NCBI GenBank assembly: GCA_964057225.1
Contig: OZ059896.1
Span: 12,400,001 to 12,464,000, forward strand
Direction of reading: 5' to 3'
DNA: 64,000 nucleotides
Source of the DNA: Auanema rhodensis
Taxonomy: Eukaryota; Animalia; Nematoda
Part shown: positions 36,429-48,090 of the stretch, piece after piece
How the letters are laid out: every line of letters starts with the position of its first letter
How positions within the stretch are numbered: the first letter of the stretch is position 1
Notes under the pieces: model-generated
The model's input: only the letters and a program-made list of their open reading frames with translations
What the model was told of the DNA's origin: nothing
The model's database searches: none
Translations under genes and position numbers: made by a program

Positions 36429-36802
36429 GACTTGCCCTCCACTGGTTGATGGGGTAGCGGGATCCCATTCTCTTAAAAAGAAAAAACTAAATGTTATAAT
36501 TTTTAATATCGCTTACTCATCACTGTCATCCAAGGTTATTACTTCAATAACCCTTGATGATGAGGGCCCACTGTTAAAAGTGGGTGATCTGGGCTCACAG
36601 AGCTCGATCCCACCAGCCTCGGTAAACTTTATACGTTTACTAAAAAACAAAATATATATATAAATTCAAAATTGTGTTAAATTACCTGAGCTGATTAATC
36701 TCTTCATAATCAAATCCTAGTTCTTCACATAAACGTTTATAACTAAAAAAAAATAAAGTTTACAAACAAATAATCGAAAAGACACAACCTATTAGCAGCC
36801 AT
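36429..36802 (-). pseudogene. pPolB exons 1-4 of Maverick A, cut by insertion of B
   Basis: MAANS/YKRLCEELGFDYEE/...VIEVITLDDSD/EWDPATPSTSGGQV, then directly the B terminus. Confidence 0.85.
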
Positions 36803-37009
36803 TGTACCTTGATATAATGAATACATCAGTCTACACATTGCTGTTGGCATTGTAATTTGTTATGTAACATGGATTTGGGTACAGCTGTCAAAACTAGCAG
36901 TTGCGATAAACTTTAAAATAAATAAGCATATTGAATACATCTGTTTTTATTGTCCCCGTCGGATTAATTTTTGTTATTAGTTCTTATTAAATTAACTTTA
37001 TGCGTTTCA

Positions 37010-37848
37010 TTGAGGTCAGCGCAACTGTTTGTTAATCCCGTCGTATTTACCTTCAATGTGTGTTTTATAGAGTTTTTGTATTGTTATATTAGTAAAATAA
37101 AGTTTAAAACTAATCTTTTATTATAATTTGAAACCTTTACTTGTTACAATAAATATAATTAATAACAATTCACAATTTCAAAAATTAATAATTTAATGTC
37201 GTTCTTATCGAATTAACCTTCGATATGTGTTCCATTAAATTTTGGTATTTCATATCGTTCTTATCGAATTAACCTTCGATATGTGTTCCATTAAATTTTG
37301 GTATTTCATATCGTTCTTATCGAATTAACCTTCGAGATGTGTTCCATTAAATTTTGGTATTTCATATCGTTCTTATCGAATTAACCTTCATTATGTGTTC
37401 CATTGAATTACCCATAACAACGGTGAACAAAACGATATACATGCAAAAATTTTATTGTTCTTTAAAATAAAAACAATACAAAAACAATACAATAAAAAAT
37501 AAACAAAAAAAAATAAACAAACATTATTAATAAATTTAATAAATAAATAAATAAAATGTATAAACAAATTTATATATTTAAAATTTAAATATTTAAAATT
37601 TATTATTTTTATTTTTACTTAATATATTTAAAAATAATTGAAAACATATACATACATTTGAAAAAAACAAATTCAAAATTCAATTTAAAAAAAAAAATCA
37701 TGCTTTAAATCATGATTTTTAAATTTAAAAAAGGAAAATCCATGAGCCGTGATCCCAAAAGTACGTTTTTAGCAGCTGACGCAACCAAAAGTATGTTTTT
37801 GACAGCTGTTTGTGGGCGTGGTTAGTAAATTTTGCACGGCTCTCTACT
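37010..37848. repeat. TIR of Maverick A with four 56-bp palindrome repeats
   Basis: Inverted match to 13690-14075; ends CTCTCTACT followed by AATGTT. Confidence 0.88.
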
Positions 37849-38240
37849 AATGTTCCATTTTATTGACCCTTAGATGTGTTGTAAAAGAAACAATAAGATT
37901 TGAGGAAGAGAGAAAGATTTATTATAAATAAAAAAACATTTAAACAATAAACAAATAAAGATAAAGATAAGTCCGCCAACTGAAGAGTCAGTTGAATGGC
38001 AAGCTTATATAGCGAATGTTATCAGCATTTTCCACGAAAGGTTATAAGTTGTCAATGACAAACTATCTCGGAAAATGCTGAGGCTGCAAAATATAACTGA
38101 TAACATAATACACTAAGACAAGAAACTAGAATTATAAAATATAAAATATAAAACACAGAATAAAGAAATACATAAAAATTATAGAAAGAATAAAGTACAG
38201 AATTATAAATAAAAAAATATAAATAAATATAAGTATAACA
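37849..38240 (-). repeat. 3' LTR (last ~25 bp removed by the Maverick insertion)
   Basis: Matches 43277-43650 and starts TGTTATAC on the minus strand. Confidence 0.9.
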
Positions 38241-38297
38241 TGCTACCGCTCTTGAAGTCCTGTGTCCTCACAGGTATGCATAAGGTTTCTAAAATTT

Positions 38298-39320
38298 TCA
38301 TATTGTTGCAGCAAGCTGCCGAAAATAATTTGTCATTCCAAGGAATGAACGAATGGCGGTGACCGTTTTAAGAGTTGGAAATTTCTTAACGGCTGTAATT
38401 TTTGATGGATCAGGTTGTATTCCATCACGACCAATTATAAATCCAAGAAATTTAACTTGTGTAGCTGCAAATTTGCATTTACTTAGTTTTGCTTTCATTC
38501 CTAATCCTTGTAAAGCTTGTAACACTTCTTCTATATCCTCCAGATGTTGTTCAGCTGTGTTTGATATAATGAGTAGATCATCCAGATAAACAAAAAGTCG
38601 ACATTTTACTTGATTTTGCAAATAGCGAACAGCTGATTGAAATGTATGTGGAGCTCCACAGAGACCCATCGGCATTCTGCAATATTGATAAACTCCTGAT
38701 GAGGTCACAAATGCAGTGAGGTGACGGTCTTCTTCACGTAAAGGAATTTGAAAAAATCCCGATAGGAGATCGATGTTTGTGAAGTATCGAGCTCCTGCAG
38801 TGCTGTCGATTATTTCTGGTATATGAGGAATAGAATAAGTCTGTTTCTGTGTGACACTATTGAGTGCACGGAAGTCCGTTACAAAGCGGAATGAGTTGTC
38901 TTTCTTCTTGACTAAGACGACTGGACTTGTAAAACTTGATATTGATGTTTCTATTACTCCTTGGTCCAGCATTTCTTTTACTTGACGTTCAACTTTATCC
39001 TGTTTACCCAAAGGAACTCGATATGATCGAGATTTGGGCAGGTACATATCGGTTCTCAAAGTGATCGAATGTTCTATTGGTCCTTTGAATAACCCAATGT
39101 TCCGATCTTCGTCAAAAAAAGCATTTTTGAATCCTCTCAACATAGTTTTGAGATTTTGACGTTGATTTTTAGATAGATCCGTTGATTCGAATTTTAATTT
39201 ATCAAAAGGATTCTTCTCAAAAATAGGCAATTTATCTGACCAATCAGCTTCTGGTGGAATATAGTTCGGTATATGTGGGATTCCAATTTCTTCTGCTATT
39301 TTTCCTTTTCCAATAATGGT
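38298..39320 (-). pseudogene. pol: Gypsy reverse transcriptase, truncated
   Basis: SPVVLVKKKD...DFRALN, DLLSGFFQI, MPMGL, YLDD and RSFLG motifs, ending just after RSFLG. Confidence 0.95.
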
Positions 39321-41165
39321 GTTTCCACAGGTTTTGAGGTAGCACTAAGAAATCGTGCAGTTGGCGTAGTTTTAGTGGTGATAGAGCGACTGAATACTCT
39401 TTTTGTAATCTCTTCAGGTGCTGGTTTTGAAAACCATGACATTAAATCAGTTAATTGTTTAGCGTCAATATTGATGTTACGGCTGTAGAGATCTTCTTTA
39501 TTTGAAGGCATCGGTATTCCAAAAATGGTTTCTCGGTTTCTGAGTGTCCAGTTATCCAACAGCTTTAATTTCATTTCATATACTTGATCTTTCACTTGTC
39601 GTTGCATAAAATGACTATGAAAGAACAGTTTCATTCGATAATATTCTAACAGTTGAGGTTGAGAATACTGATAGCGTAGTTCACGAAGTAATTCGTTTGC
39701 TTTATATACCACAGAACGTGGATCTCCAAATGTGAAGTTGAGATGGTTTTGATATACTGTGAATATCAAAAATTCGAGTGGTGGCACATATTCTGTTTTG
39801 GATAAGATTGCAGGTATTTGTATCATTTCCCATAATTTATCTCTTGCAACCGAAATTGTAGAATTGCCTGGTTTAACTATTCTTTTTATATAATTGATAG
39901 GAAGTCGGTGTGCTAGTTGACCGATGACAAAACTAGGCTCCATTTGTTCGATCCACATTTTTGTAATCATCTTGCTTTCTTCTCCTCCTAGAGCATGTAG
40001 TAAGAGAATATTCGGATCGCGGAAGTCTTTTAAAGTTGCCCAGTAATCTATAGTATGATCAGTAATGTTCAAAATATGGACAGCTGACAGCAAAAATTGA
40101 TGATATCGAGCAATAACAGTCAGGTTCTGATATTCGTTGCTAACTGATTGATAGTGATACCAGTTATGAATATATCTTATGGTATTTCCGCCAGACGTGA
40201 CAGTATATCTAGCAAACGGTAGATCCAATATTTGAATAGGAGTTAACTTATATTCCATTTCTGAGCGAAATGACGCAATTAAGGATGAATTTGTTGATCG
40301 TTTATAGCGTTGGCGTGAAGGATCCATTTGATTATCCAAATAACTTGTTAGATCCAGTAGAGAATATGCATGCGGATAATCAATAAACGAGACAAGAGTC
40401 TCAGTAGTGGATTCAAAAATTGGTGAAGAAAAACAAGATTGAGTTGTAGTAGATGCTGAGGTGTTGGCTAAGACAAGTGCTGTTTCTAGACTTGATATTA
40501 GCAGTGTTTGATCTCCAAGTATTCCATACAGAGGTCCAATACGTGTGTATTGGCATGGTGCTCGGGGTGTGGGTGGTTTCCAAACTACTGAACCATCTCC
40601 AAATGTACAGCTTCCCATTTGAGCTTTACAGCCTTCTGCGTTGACAATTAAGTCAGATACAATAGTATTGTCCTTTAAATTTGTAATAACTCCTCGCTCC
40701 ATCACAAATTGAGTTAAGTTGGCGCATTGAGTAAAGCTGAAGAAACGTTCCGGTTCATATACTGGCTTAGGAGCTTCATATGTAAGTGGATTAGCGCTCA
40801 ACAGTTTTTCATTTTTCCATTTCTTGTCTCGAGCAGCTATACGGCATTCTTCTACAGATACATATCCATTACCAATGATGGTGTCATTGCTTTCTCGGAA
40901 CCAAAATTGATCCGTTACACATAATCGATAGATGCGTGTATAACATTTCCACGCTTCCCATGTTACGACGGTTTGTTTAGGAATGAACAATTCAACGTTA
41001 ACTTTTGTTGAATTGCTTTCCGTTGGCATCCTGTTATCTCTGGTGGTGTCATCAGAATTCCTCCTTTATGAGCTAAACATAGTTGATATGAAGCATTCAC
41101 AGTGGGAAGCAAAAATGTGCAGATTATTGTTGTGAGCAGGAATGGTAATGCTATAGTATTTATAT
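39296..41165 (-). pseudogene. env: Envelope glycoprotein, class III fusogen-like, placed between gag and pol
   Basis: Signal-like IALPFLLTTIICTFLLPTVNA-SYQLC, frameshift at ~41030, Cys pattern EEC...GC...GSC..GDGSVVW...CQY, many NxS/T sequons, furin-like RYKR. No C-terminal TM helix is retained. Confidence 0.72.
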
Positions 41166-42300
41166 TGAATCGAGGTTTCCATCGTTTTTGATTGCCTTGA
41201 TTCTCTCTTGGATAATTGTCTCTATTTTCTCTTGGATAGTTGTCTCTATTTTCTCTTGAGTAGTTGTCTCCTCGAGATTCTCTTGGATGGTTGTTGCGAT
41301 TATTCCTAGAAAAGTTGTCTCGATTTTCTCTTTGATAATTGTTGCGAGGTTCTCTCAAATGATGATGACTCTCCATTGAGTAGTTGTTTCCATAATTTTG
41401 TCGAGGGCCAGAGTTCCTGCTGAATTTATTTTTGAAACTCTTCCAAGGGTTTCTTGAATTGTTGCCATTGTTCCGTTCGAAATATCGTGGCTGCTGATGG
41501 TTCCTTTGGTTCCTATTTTTCTTCATGGTGATCTTCTGAACTGCAGAAATCAACTCTTGCATAGTTGAGTTTTCTTCATGCTGTTTCTTATAGTTAGCAC
41601 GAATTGCTTCTTCAAAACGTGCTGTCCTTTTTGCTTCCTCATAATTCTTCGGATCTTTTCCTTGAACAATTATGCCTAAATCAGCGTTCAATCCATTAAA
41701 GAAAGCTTATCTTTATATGAGCTCTCTTTCTCGATCAGTTGGGCTCATAATACTGGAAGCCATTTCTTCCAAGTATGAGGCAAACTGAGTAACAGTTTTC
41801 TCTCCTTGCGTCGAGCGTAGCAACTTCGCGATTGTAAAATTCCTTTCCGTGGCAGGGCAAAGTAACTCTGCCAATTGTGAAACAAGGTCTTTCCAAGGCC
41901 CTCGTTCACGAATTTCGGAAGGAATCGAGTTATATGCAGAGATCGCAGAATCATTCTGCTGAAGCAGCAGAGGAAGAAGAAAAATTCTTTCAATTACCGA
42001 AAGTCCCGCAGCATTCGCGAATTGGTTAAATATATCGATGTACGATCGAAAGCTTCGGCTACCATCGTATTTGGGGCAGTGTGGACTGCCTAGAACTTTT
42101 GTTAAGTTTTTGGTCAACTCTGGAGATGCCATTAAATTAGGCGTTTCCAGAGTTGAATCTCTGTTTGATTGCTCATGTGGTCTCATGTTGAGTAGGAGCT
42201 TCAGAGGTAGTTTTTCGCGCTGGGGAGTTTTTTTTTTTCGGTGTTACAGCCAAGTGTGTTGGCGTTTTTTCGTCGTCCGATGGACTTAAATCGTTGTCAA
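41166..42300 (-). pseudogene. gag: Gag (capsid plus Asn/Arg-rich repeat region)
   Basis: PKYDG..F..Y...F, QGEKTVTQF and P..YEEA...A capsid-like motifs; (P/S)RENRDNY repeats; frameshift at ~41710. Confidence 0.8.
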
Positions 42301-43238
42301 ACGAGTCGTCACTATCGGGAAAAGGAAATCGAGAAATACGATTTCTCTTGTCTCTTAATCTTTGAGAGGTACGGAAAGGCGTATCCGTATAATTATTCTT
42401 GGAGGTTGCCGTTTTGGAAAAGGAGGAAAGTCAGAACAATCTACAATGTAAAATAGTGGAATAAGTTAGTAAACAAGATAAGAATATGAATAGTTAATAG
42501 TGAATAAGCTAGTGAATAACATGAAAAAAAAATTGAAGAAAAAAAAGATATATAATAATATGGGTTGAAGATTAATTAATTAATGAATTCATAGAAAAAC
42601 AAACTATAGAGAGGAAAAAAAAGTGTGAATATAATTAATTGTTAAGATGATAATAGGATATGATTATGTGACAATGTGATTCATAAATTAGAGAAGTGAG
42701 TATGGCGGACAAATCAAAATCTCAATTGTTACTGAATAACAATGAATTACCAAACAAGGCATCTTTCAAATTCCAAAGTCTTTGTTTCAACTTGAATCAA
42801 CAATCAAAAAATTATGAGAGGAAGGTTTAAATTCAAATATGACAAATGATACAGAGGATGTTATCTTCTTACAGTGGCCATTCTGTTAGTACAAACTTGT
42901 AATCTTTATCAAAAATATCGCAAATTGACTTTATTAAGATCCAATTTTGCTTATATCAAACAGCTTTTCCATTTCCAAAAAATATATATTTTTCGCCACA
43001 ATGAAAAATCAAAAATACAACTGCGCAGAAACAAAGAGAAATCGAAAAGTTGGCCAATTCAGTATCTCACCCTTGCGCAAAATATCAACCCTGTTTATTA
43101 AAAAAATGAGTGAGACCCTTCGTACTGAATTGGAAAGAGAGGTGGTAGCCCAGGGAAATCGCTCAAAAAAATAAATTCTCTTTAACTGAATGATAATTCA
43201 TAATGTAATCGAGTTCGAAAATCGTAAAAAGATTCTAA

Positions 43239-43251
43239 GGTGGAACCTCCA
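43239..43251 (-). promoter_or_regulatory. Primer binding site complementary to the tRNA-Gln 3' end
   Basis: TGGAGGTTCCACC directly follows the LTR end ...ATTACA and is the complement of GGTGGAACCT-CCA. Confidence 0.9.
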
Positions 43252-43650
43252 TGTAATATCCTTGGTTTGGATATTAATGTTCCATGTTATTGACCCTTAG
43301 ATATGTTGTAAAAGAAACAATAAGATTTGAGGAAGAGAGAAAGATTTATTATGAATAAAAAAAACATTTAAACAATAAACAAATAAAGATAAAGATAAGT
43401 CCGCCAACTGAAGATTCAGTTGAATGGCAAGCTTATATAGCGAATGTTATCAGCATTTTCTACGAAAGGTTATAAGTTGTCAATGACAATTATAACTATC
43501 TCGGAAAATGCTGAGGCTGCAAAATATAACTGATAACATAATACACTAAGACAAGAAACTAGAATTATAAAATATAAAATATAAAACACAGAATAAAGAA
43601 ATACATAAAAATTATAGAAAGAATAAAGTACAGAATTATAAAGTATAACA
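43252..43650 (-). repeat. 5' LTR (399 bp, TG...CA)
   Basis: Bounded by mariner sequence on one side and the PBS on the other. Confidence 0.9.
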
Positions 43651-44139
43651 CTCTAACACTGTTGTGTGAGATATTCCTAGATCTTCTGCTAGACTTCTGG
43701 TGGAACTGCACGGGTCTGCTTTAACAAAGTTTTTCAGAACTTGTGCATCAACGGCAGCAGGTCGTCCGGACCGATCATCATCTTCCAAGCTCTCATTTCC
43801 CTCTTTGAAATTCTTGAACCATCTCTGCACCATGCGTACAGAACAAGTCCTTTCGCCAAAGGCAACGTTGATTCTTTCAGCTGCTTCAACAGCTTTACGT
43901 CCTATTTTGAACTCATACAAAAAATTGCTCTTAAATTTCTCTTCTCTAGCATGATTTCAAAAAGCTATAAAAAAACTCAGAATTAATCTACTGTTCAGAA
44001 AAATATAAATAAGAATTCATAACATATAATAATACTTATTATTATTAATTTTTCTTTTATATAATGATTCATGTGTTCATAATTTTTTTTGATCGAATAC
44101 AATCGAAAAAAACGTCATTACTTTCCGACCAACTTATTA
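43651..44139 (-). mobile_element. Mariner 5' half (TIR plus HTH of transposase), interrupted by the Gypsy element
   Basis: YEFKIG...VQRWFKNF.EG..SLED..RSGRP; TIR TAATAAGTTGGTCGGAAAG at 44107-44139. Confidence 0.92.
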
Positions 44140-44649
44140 TAATTTAAATATTTAAACTTTAAAAAAAATTTGAAAATTTGAAATTTAAATTCAAACTTAA
44201 TATATTTAAAAATGATTAAAAATATAATTATACACATACACTTGAGAAGAAAAAATTTAAATTTAATTTTTAAAAAAATCATGAATTCTTTCAGAAATCC
44301 GAAACAAACTAACACCTTCCTTCGAAGGGCCTTATTTAGTTACATCAGTTCAACCATCTTTCGTCGTGGTTCAAACATATAAAGAAAAAAGCAGAAGAGT
44401 ACACAAGGACTTTGTCAAACCTTACCAACGGACAACATCTATTTCGGTTATCACAACTTTTTGAAGGTTGTTTTTTTAACAAAATCAAATTGTTGAATTT
44501 TTTTTATTTTGTGCCATTTCTGATTGTAACACTTTTGTGTTGTTGATGGATTTCAAATTTGAAGAGACAATAGCCAAACTTTCAAAACTTATTGTATATA
44601 TTTTTTAAAATTTTATCCACTACACCATAATTTTTCATTTGATATAATG

Positions 44650-45560
44650 TTTTAGAAAAAAAATGTAGTGAAAGAAGTAACGATAAATTGATGCCAGACC
44701 TTTCATTATTGTAGAAATGCTGGATTTAAGAATTTGTTGAAAACTATAACTCCTACGTGAGAGTTAATTATTTTTCATTTAATCTTTTTATTATAGTATT
44801 GAATTAAAATCCAGAACATAGTACTCGAGAACAATGATTCCAAATTTTTATAATGAGTTCAGAGGGAAGATTCAATCAATTATTCAGAATGTTCAATCGT
44901 TCAACGTTTCAATCGATGGCTGGAACAGTGCTGACAGCAAGCACAGTATGCTTGCGGTAACTTTTCATTTTCTGAATATTGGAAGCTGTCAACCTGAGTA
45001 TTTCCTATTGCGAGCTGAGCCCGTTAAAAAGTGGTCCGCTAATAAAAGTGGTCCGCTAATGCTAATAATCTTCACTGCTGCTTGAAAAATACTTTGACTT
45101 CTTTCAATATTGATAGCAGAAAAATACGCTCTTTCATTAAAGATGGAACATATGGTAAACATTACTAAACAGATACGATAATACGTATTTATCAGAATGT
45201 TTATCAGAATGCTTAAATATCTTATAAAAGATCCAGTTTTGATTGAATTAAAAAAATAAGAAAAATTATTGAAAAACTACGTCGTAGTAGTACTGACCGT
45301 TTCAACATTAAAGAAAGTTTTCAAGACATTCCTGCAAAAATTCTCTCAAAGGTTTTCAAAAAAATTTTCGAGAAGAAATTGAGAGTTTTTTCAGAAAGAA
45401 ATGAAAAGTTAGCTGTTTTTTTTATTTTTAAAAAAAATTTGTGCAGTAGTCACCCATCGATTACCAAGAAAGAATGGGATATTATTTTCGATTTGAAAAC
45501 TCTTCTTGAACCAATATCTGAAATTACAACTAAGTTACAATCTCGCATGCACAAAGAAAA
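44650..45560 (+). pseudogene. hAT transposase remnant
   Basis: SIDGWNS...SMLAVTFHFL and EWDII..L..LLEP..E.T..LQS motifs. Confidence 0.8.
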
Positions 45561-45564
45561 ATGA

Positions 45565-45960
45565 ACTCTTCATTCGTGAATGAACAACAAACTAACTGGG
45601 ATTTACACCTACCCAAAGTTATGTTTGCAATCAAGACGTTACCAAACTTATCAACATTTATTAGTCCATACATAGTATTATTTGGTCGGGATGTAAGACT
45701 TCCAATTGACCACCACTTGCCTGCAAATAATCTCCAAACTGAAGAACCAACCAATTCTACAGAAGATTGTGTTAATAGATCACTGATACAAAAGGAAAGC
45801 ACTTTCGCTATAGTAAAAGATAGAATTGAAACATGCACAAAGAAAAATGAACAACGGTACAATACACGAAATAGAAATAAAAAACAAATAAATTCAGGTT
45901 AATGACTTAGTTATGATAAAAATGATAAAAGTCATGTCTACACGAAACAAAGAACATCCA
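45565..45960 (+). pseudogene. Gypsy integrase C-terminal fragment
   Basis: WDLHLP.V.FA...SPY..LFGR..RLP.D. Confidence 0.85.
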
Positions 45961-46799
45961 TTCCAGTCATTACAATTTCTTGAAGGTAGTTTTTTTAACC
46001 AATTCAAGTAGTTGAAATATTTTTTATTTTGTGCCATTTCTGATTGTAACACTTCTTTGTTGTTGATTGATTTCTCTCTGAGAAGTCTGCTATTGTTTTC
46101 CAAGGTTTTATTTTATTACTTTAATTCATTGAATAGATTTTTCCAACATTCTCTTGTAAACTTTGTTATTTTTTATGCTTAATCATTACTTCTGTTCACC
46201 GTACGGACATTAGTCATACGGGTTAAACGAGTTTTCATTTTTTTGTACAGAACGGGCTCGACCTATTAACAGGGTAACACCGTATCTGTACAACTCAAGA
46301 AAATGATCGAATATCAAAGTCAAATGGTTGAGAAGCAAAACCTCGTTTGCAAGCATTTCACTACTCAACTATTTGGAATAGAATCTACTCAATACTACTT
46401 TTCGAATTCAACAAACTTGAAGAGACAATAGCTAAACTTTCAAAACTTATTGTATACATTTTTTGAAATTTTTATCCACTACACCTTAATTTTTTTTTTC
46501 AACATCCAACTATCTTGAAAAGTAAACTTATTTATTTTGTTTTTGAACAACGGGATGAATAAAACGGTTGTCGATAATTAAATATCACGCCTACAACATG
46601 GGAGACACATGGCACTCTTGCTTCTGGCCTGACCCAGATAGGTGGTCTTATAGCCATGTGAGTCTCATCTCAATAGATTCTATATTTTATTACTTTATTA
46701 TATCTTTTTATCATCTTTCTTAATGTAAATCGGCTCTGCCTACCTTAGGAACGTGGTAGAAGTATATATATCTTCCGACCATGAAAAGACGGGAAAAAT

Positions 46800-47123
46800 T
46801 AGTATGTAACGCAGTTATTAATGTTCATTAAATTAACCCTCGATATGTGTCGCGTTGAGGTCAGCGCAACTGTTTGTTAATCTTATGATATAAACATTCA
46901 ATGTGTGCTCGATAGAGATTTTGTATTGGTTTGTATAGTAAAATAAAATGTTAAACTATTCTAATATGTTCATCTTTTCTTTTATTTTGAGAAGTTCACT
47001 TGTTACAATAAATTTGACAGCTTATGCGCCCCCAAAAATATGTTTTTAGCAGCTGACGCCGTCCAAAGTATACTTTTGACAGCTGTTTGGGGGCGTAGTT
47101 ATTAAATTTTACACGGCTCTCTA
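46800..47123. repeat. Internally deleted Maverick terminus fragment
   Basis: GAGGTCAGCGCAACTGTTTGTT block, CAGCTG subrepeats and ...CACGGCTCTCTA. Confidence 0.8.
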
Positions 47124-48090
47124 GCTCTAAAGCAACGGACATGGATTGGAGCAAAAATGAAACCTTGTTATATGTGTCTCATTTTATAGGCGTGGCTGTT
47201 TTAGGTTTTGATCATTTGAATAGCTCGTATATGTTTAGCATGCGCTGGCAGATTTGACAGTGAGAAAAATCGATTGGAAATGGAAAGAAAAATAAACAAA
47301 TATTAAGTTTCAAGCTGCTTGATAGTGTAGTTTAGATGTGTTTCACGACTTGATATTTCGGACATAAACCAAAGGAAATCTTTGAAACATATATCGCCCG
47401 AAACAAAAAACAAAACTAGAAAGTTCCGCCATGATTTAAACTGGGGTCGAGCATTCAGAGTCCTAAGTGTTGACCACTACACCACGGAACCACTGTAATC
47501 TGTCACAAAAGAATTGCCATATATGAGATTTGATCTTCCTTCTTGTTTAAAACAAAAGGGAAGAATTTATGAACAATATGAGCAAGAAGAGATTTCAAAA
47601 TTTTGAGTTTTTTGAAGTTGGAACTCAGGTTATTGCTGTTCTCCAAGTTTGTTACTGTTGTAGTAGTCAAATAAGAAAATCCTCTTTTTATTTTTAACAA
47701 CCAAGTTCGGAATTAAAATTCATTACTCCAGCTCGAATTTTAAAAAACACAGTTTTGGGCAGTAAAACTAATATTAATGACACAACGACTCTTCCACACT
47801 TTTTATATTCGAAATATTATATATGTTTTTCTACTTTTGTTGTTAGTTGGGCAGAACCGAATGCTTTGATCGATATTTTGATATAAACGTAAGCAGATAA
47901 AAGAAGTCATTATTAGATCACAAGAAATTACATTATGAGTTATACATTAACATATACATTAAATATACCGATTGAAATTGAATGAAATAATAATCAAATA
48001 TTAGGTTTTATGCTGCTTGATAATGTAGTACATGGTTATTTTCTAAGACTCAAAGTTTGGGACAAAAATCATAGTAAATCTGTGAAACAT
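47124..48090. repeat. Diverged unit of the tRNA-Gln satellite (tRNA-like 47421-47491, minus strand)
   Basis: Collinear similarity to the 1-8936 units. Further pieces lie at 48785-49132 and ~52856-53150 (inverted). Confidence 0.85.

Larger units (their letters stand above)
13673..37848 (-). mobile_element. Maverick/Polinton A (outer, internally deleted, interrupted by Maverick B)
   Basis: Right terminus CTCTCTACT at 37848. 13690-14075 is the inverted match of ~37010-37500. pPolB exons 1-4 lie at 36429-36802 and exons 5-14 at 17123-21285. MCP and accessory gene follow the same order as in B. Confidence 0.82.
37849..43650 (-). mobile_element. Ty3/Gypsy (Metaviridae) endogenous retrovirus with gag-env-pol order, internally deleted
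   Basis: Two LTRs, PBS, gag, signal peptide plus env, and RT. Protease, RNase H and integrase are missing. Confidence 0.88.

Noticed and set aside
39296-41029. Maverick-encoded fusogen
   Set aside because: It lies outside the terminus at 37848, between Gypsy LTRs, and is continuous with gag.
46598-46672. Imperfect hairpin (GAGACACATGGC...GCCATGTGAGTCTC) as an ncRNA or miRNA
   Set aside because: No family motif is recognisable, and the only second copy is the palindrome mirror, so there is no independent support.
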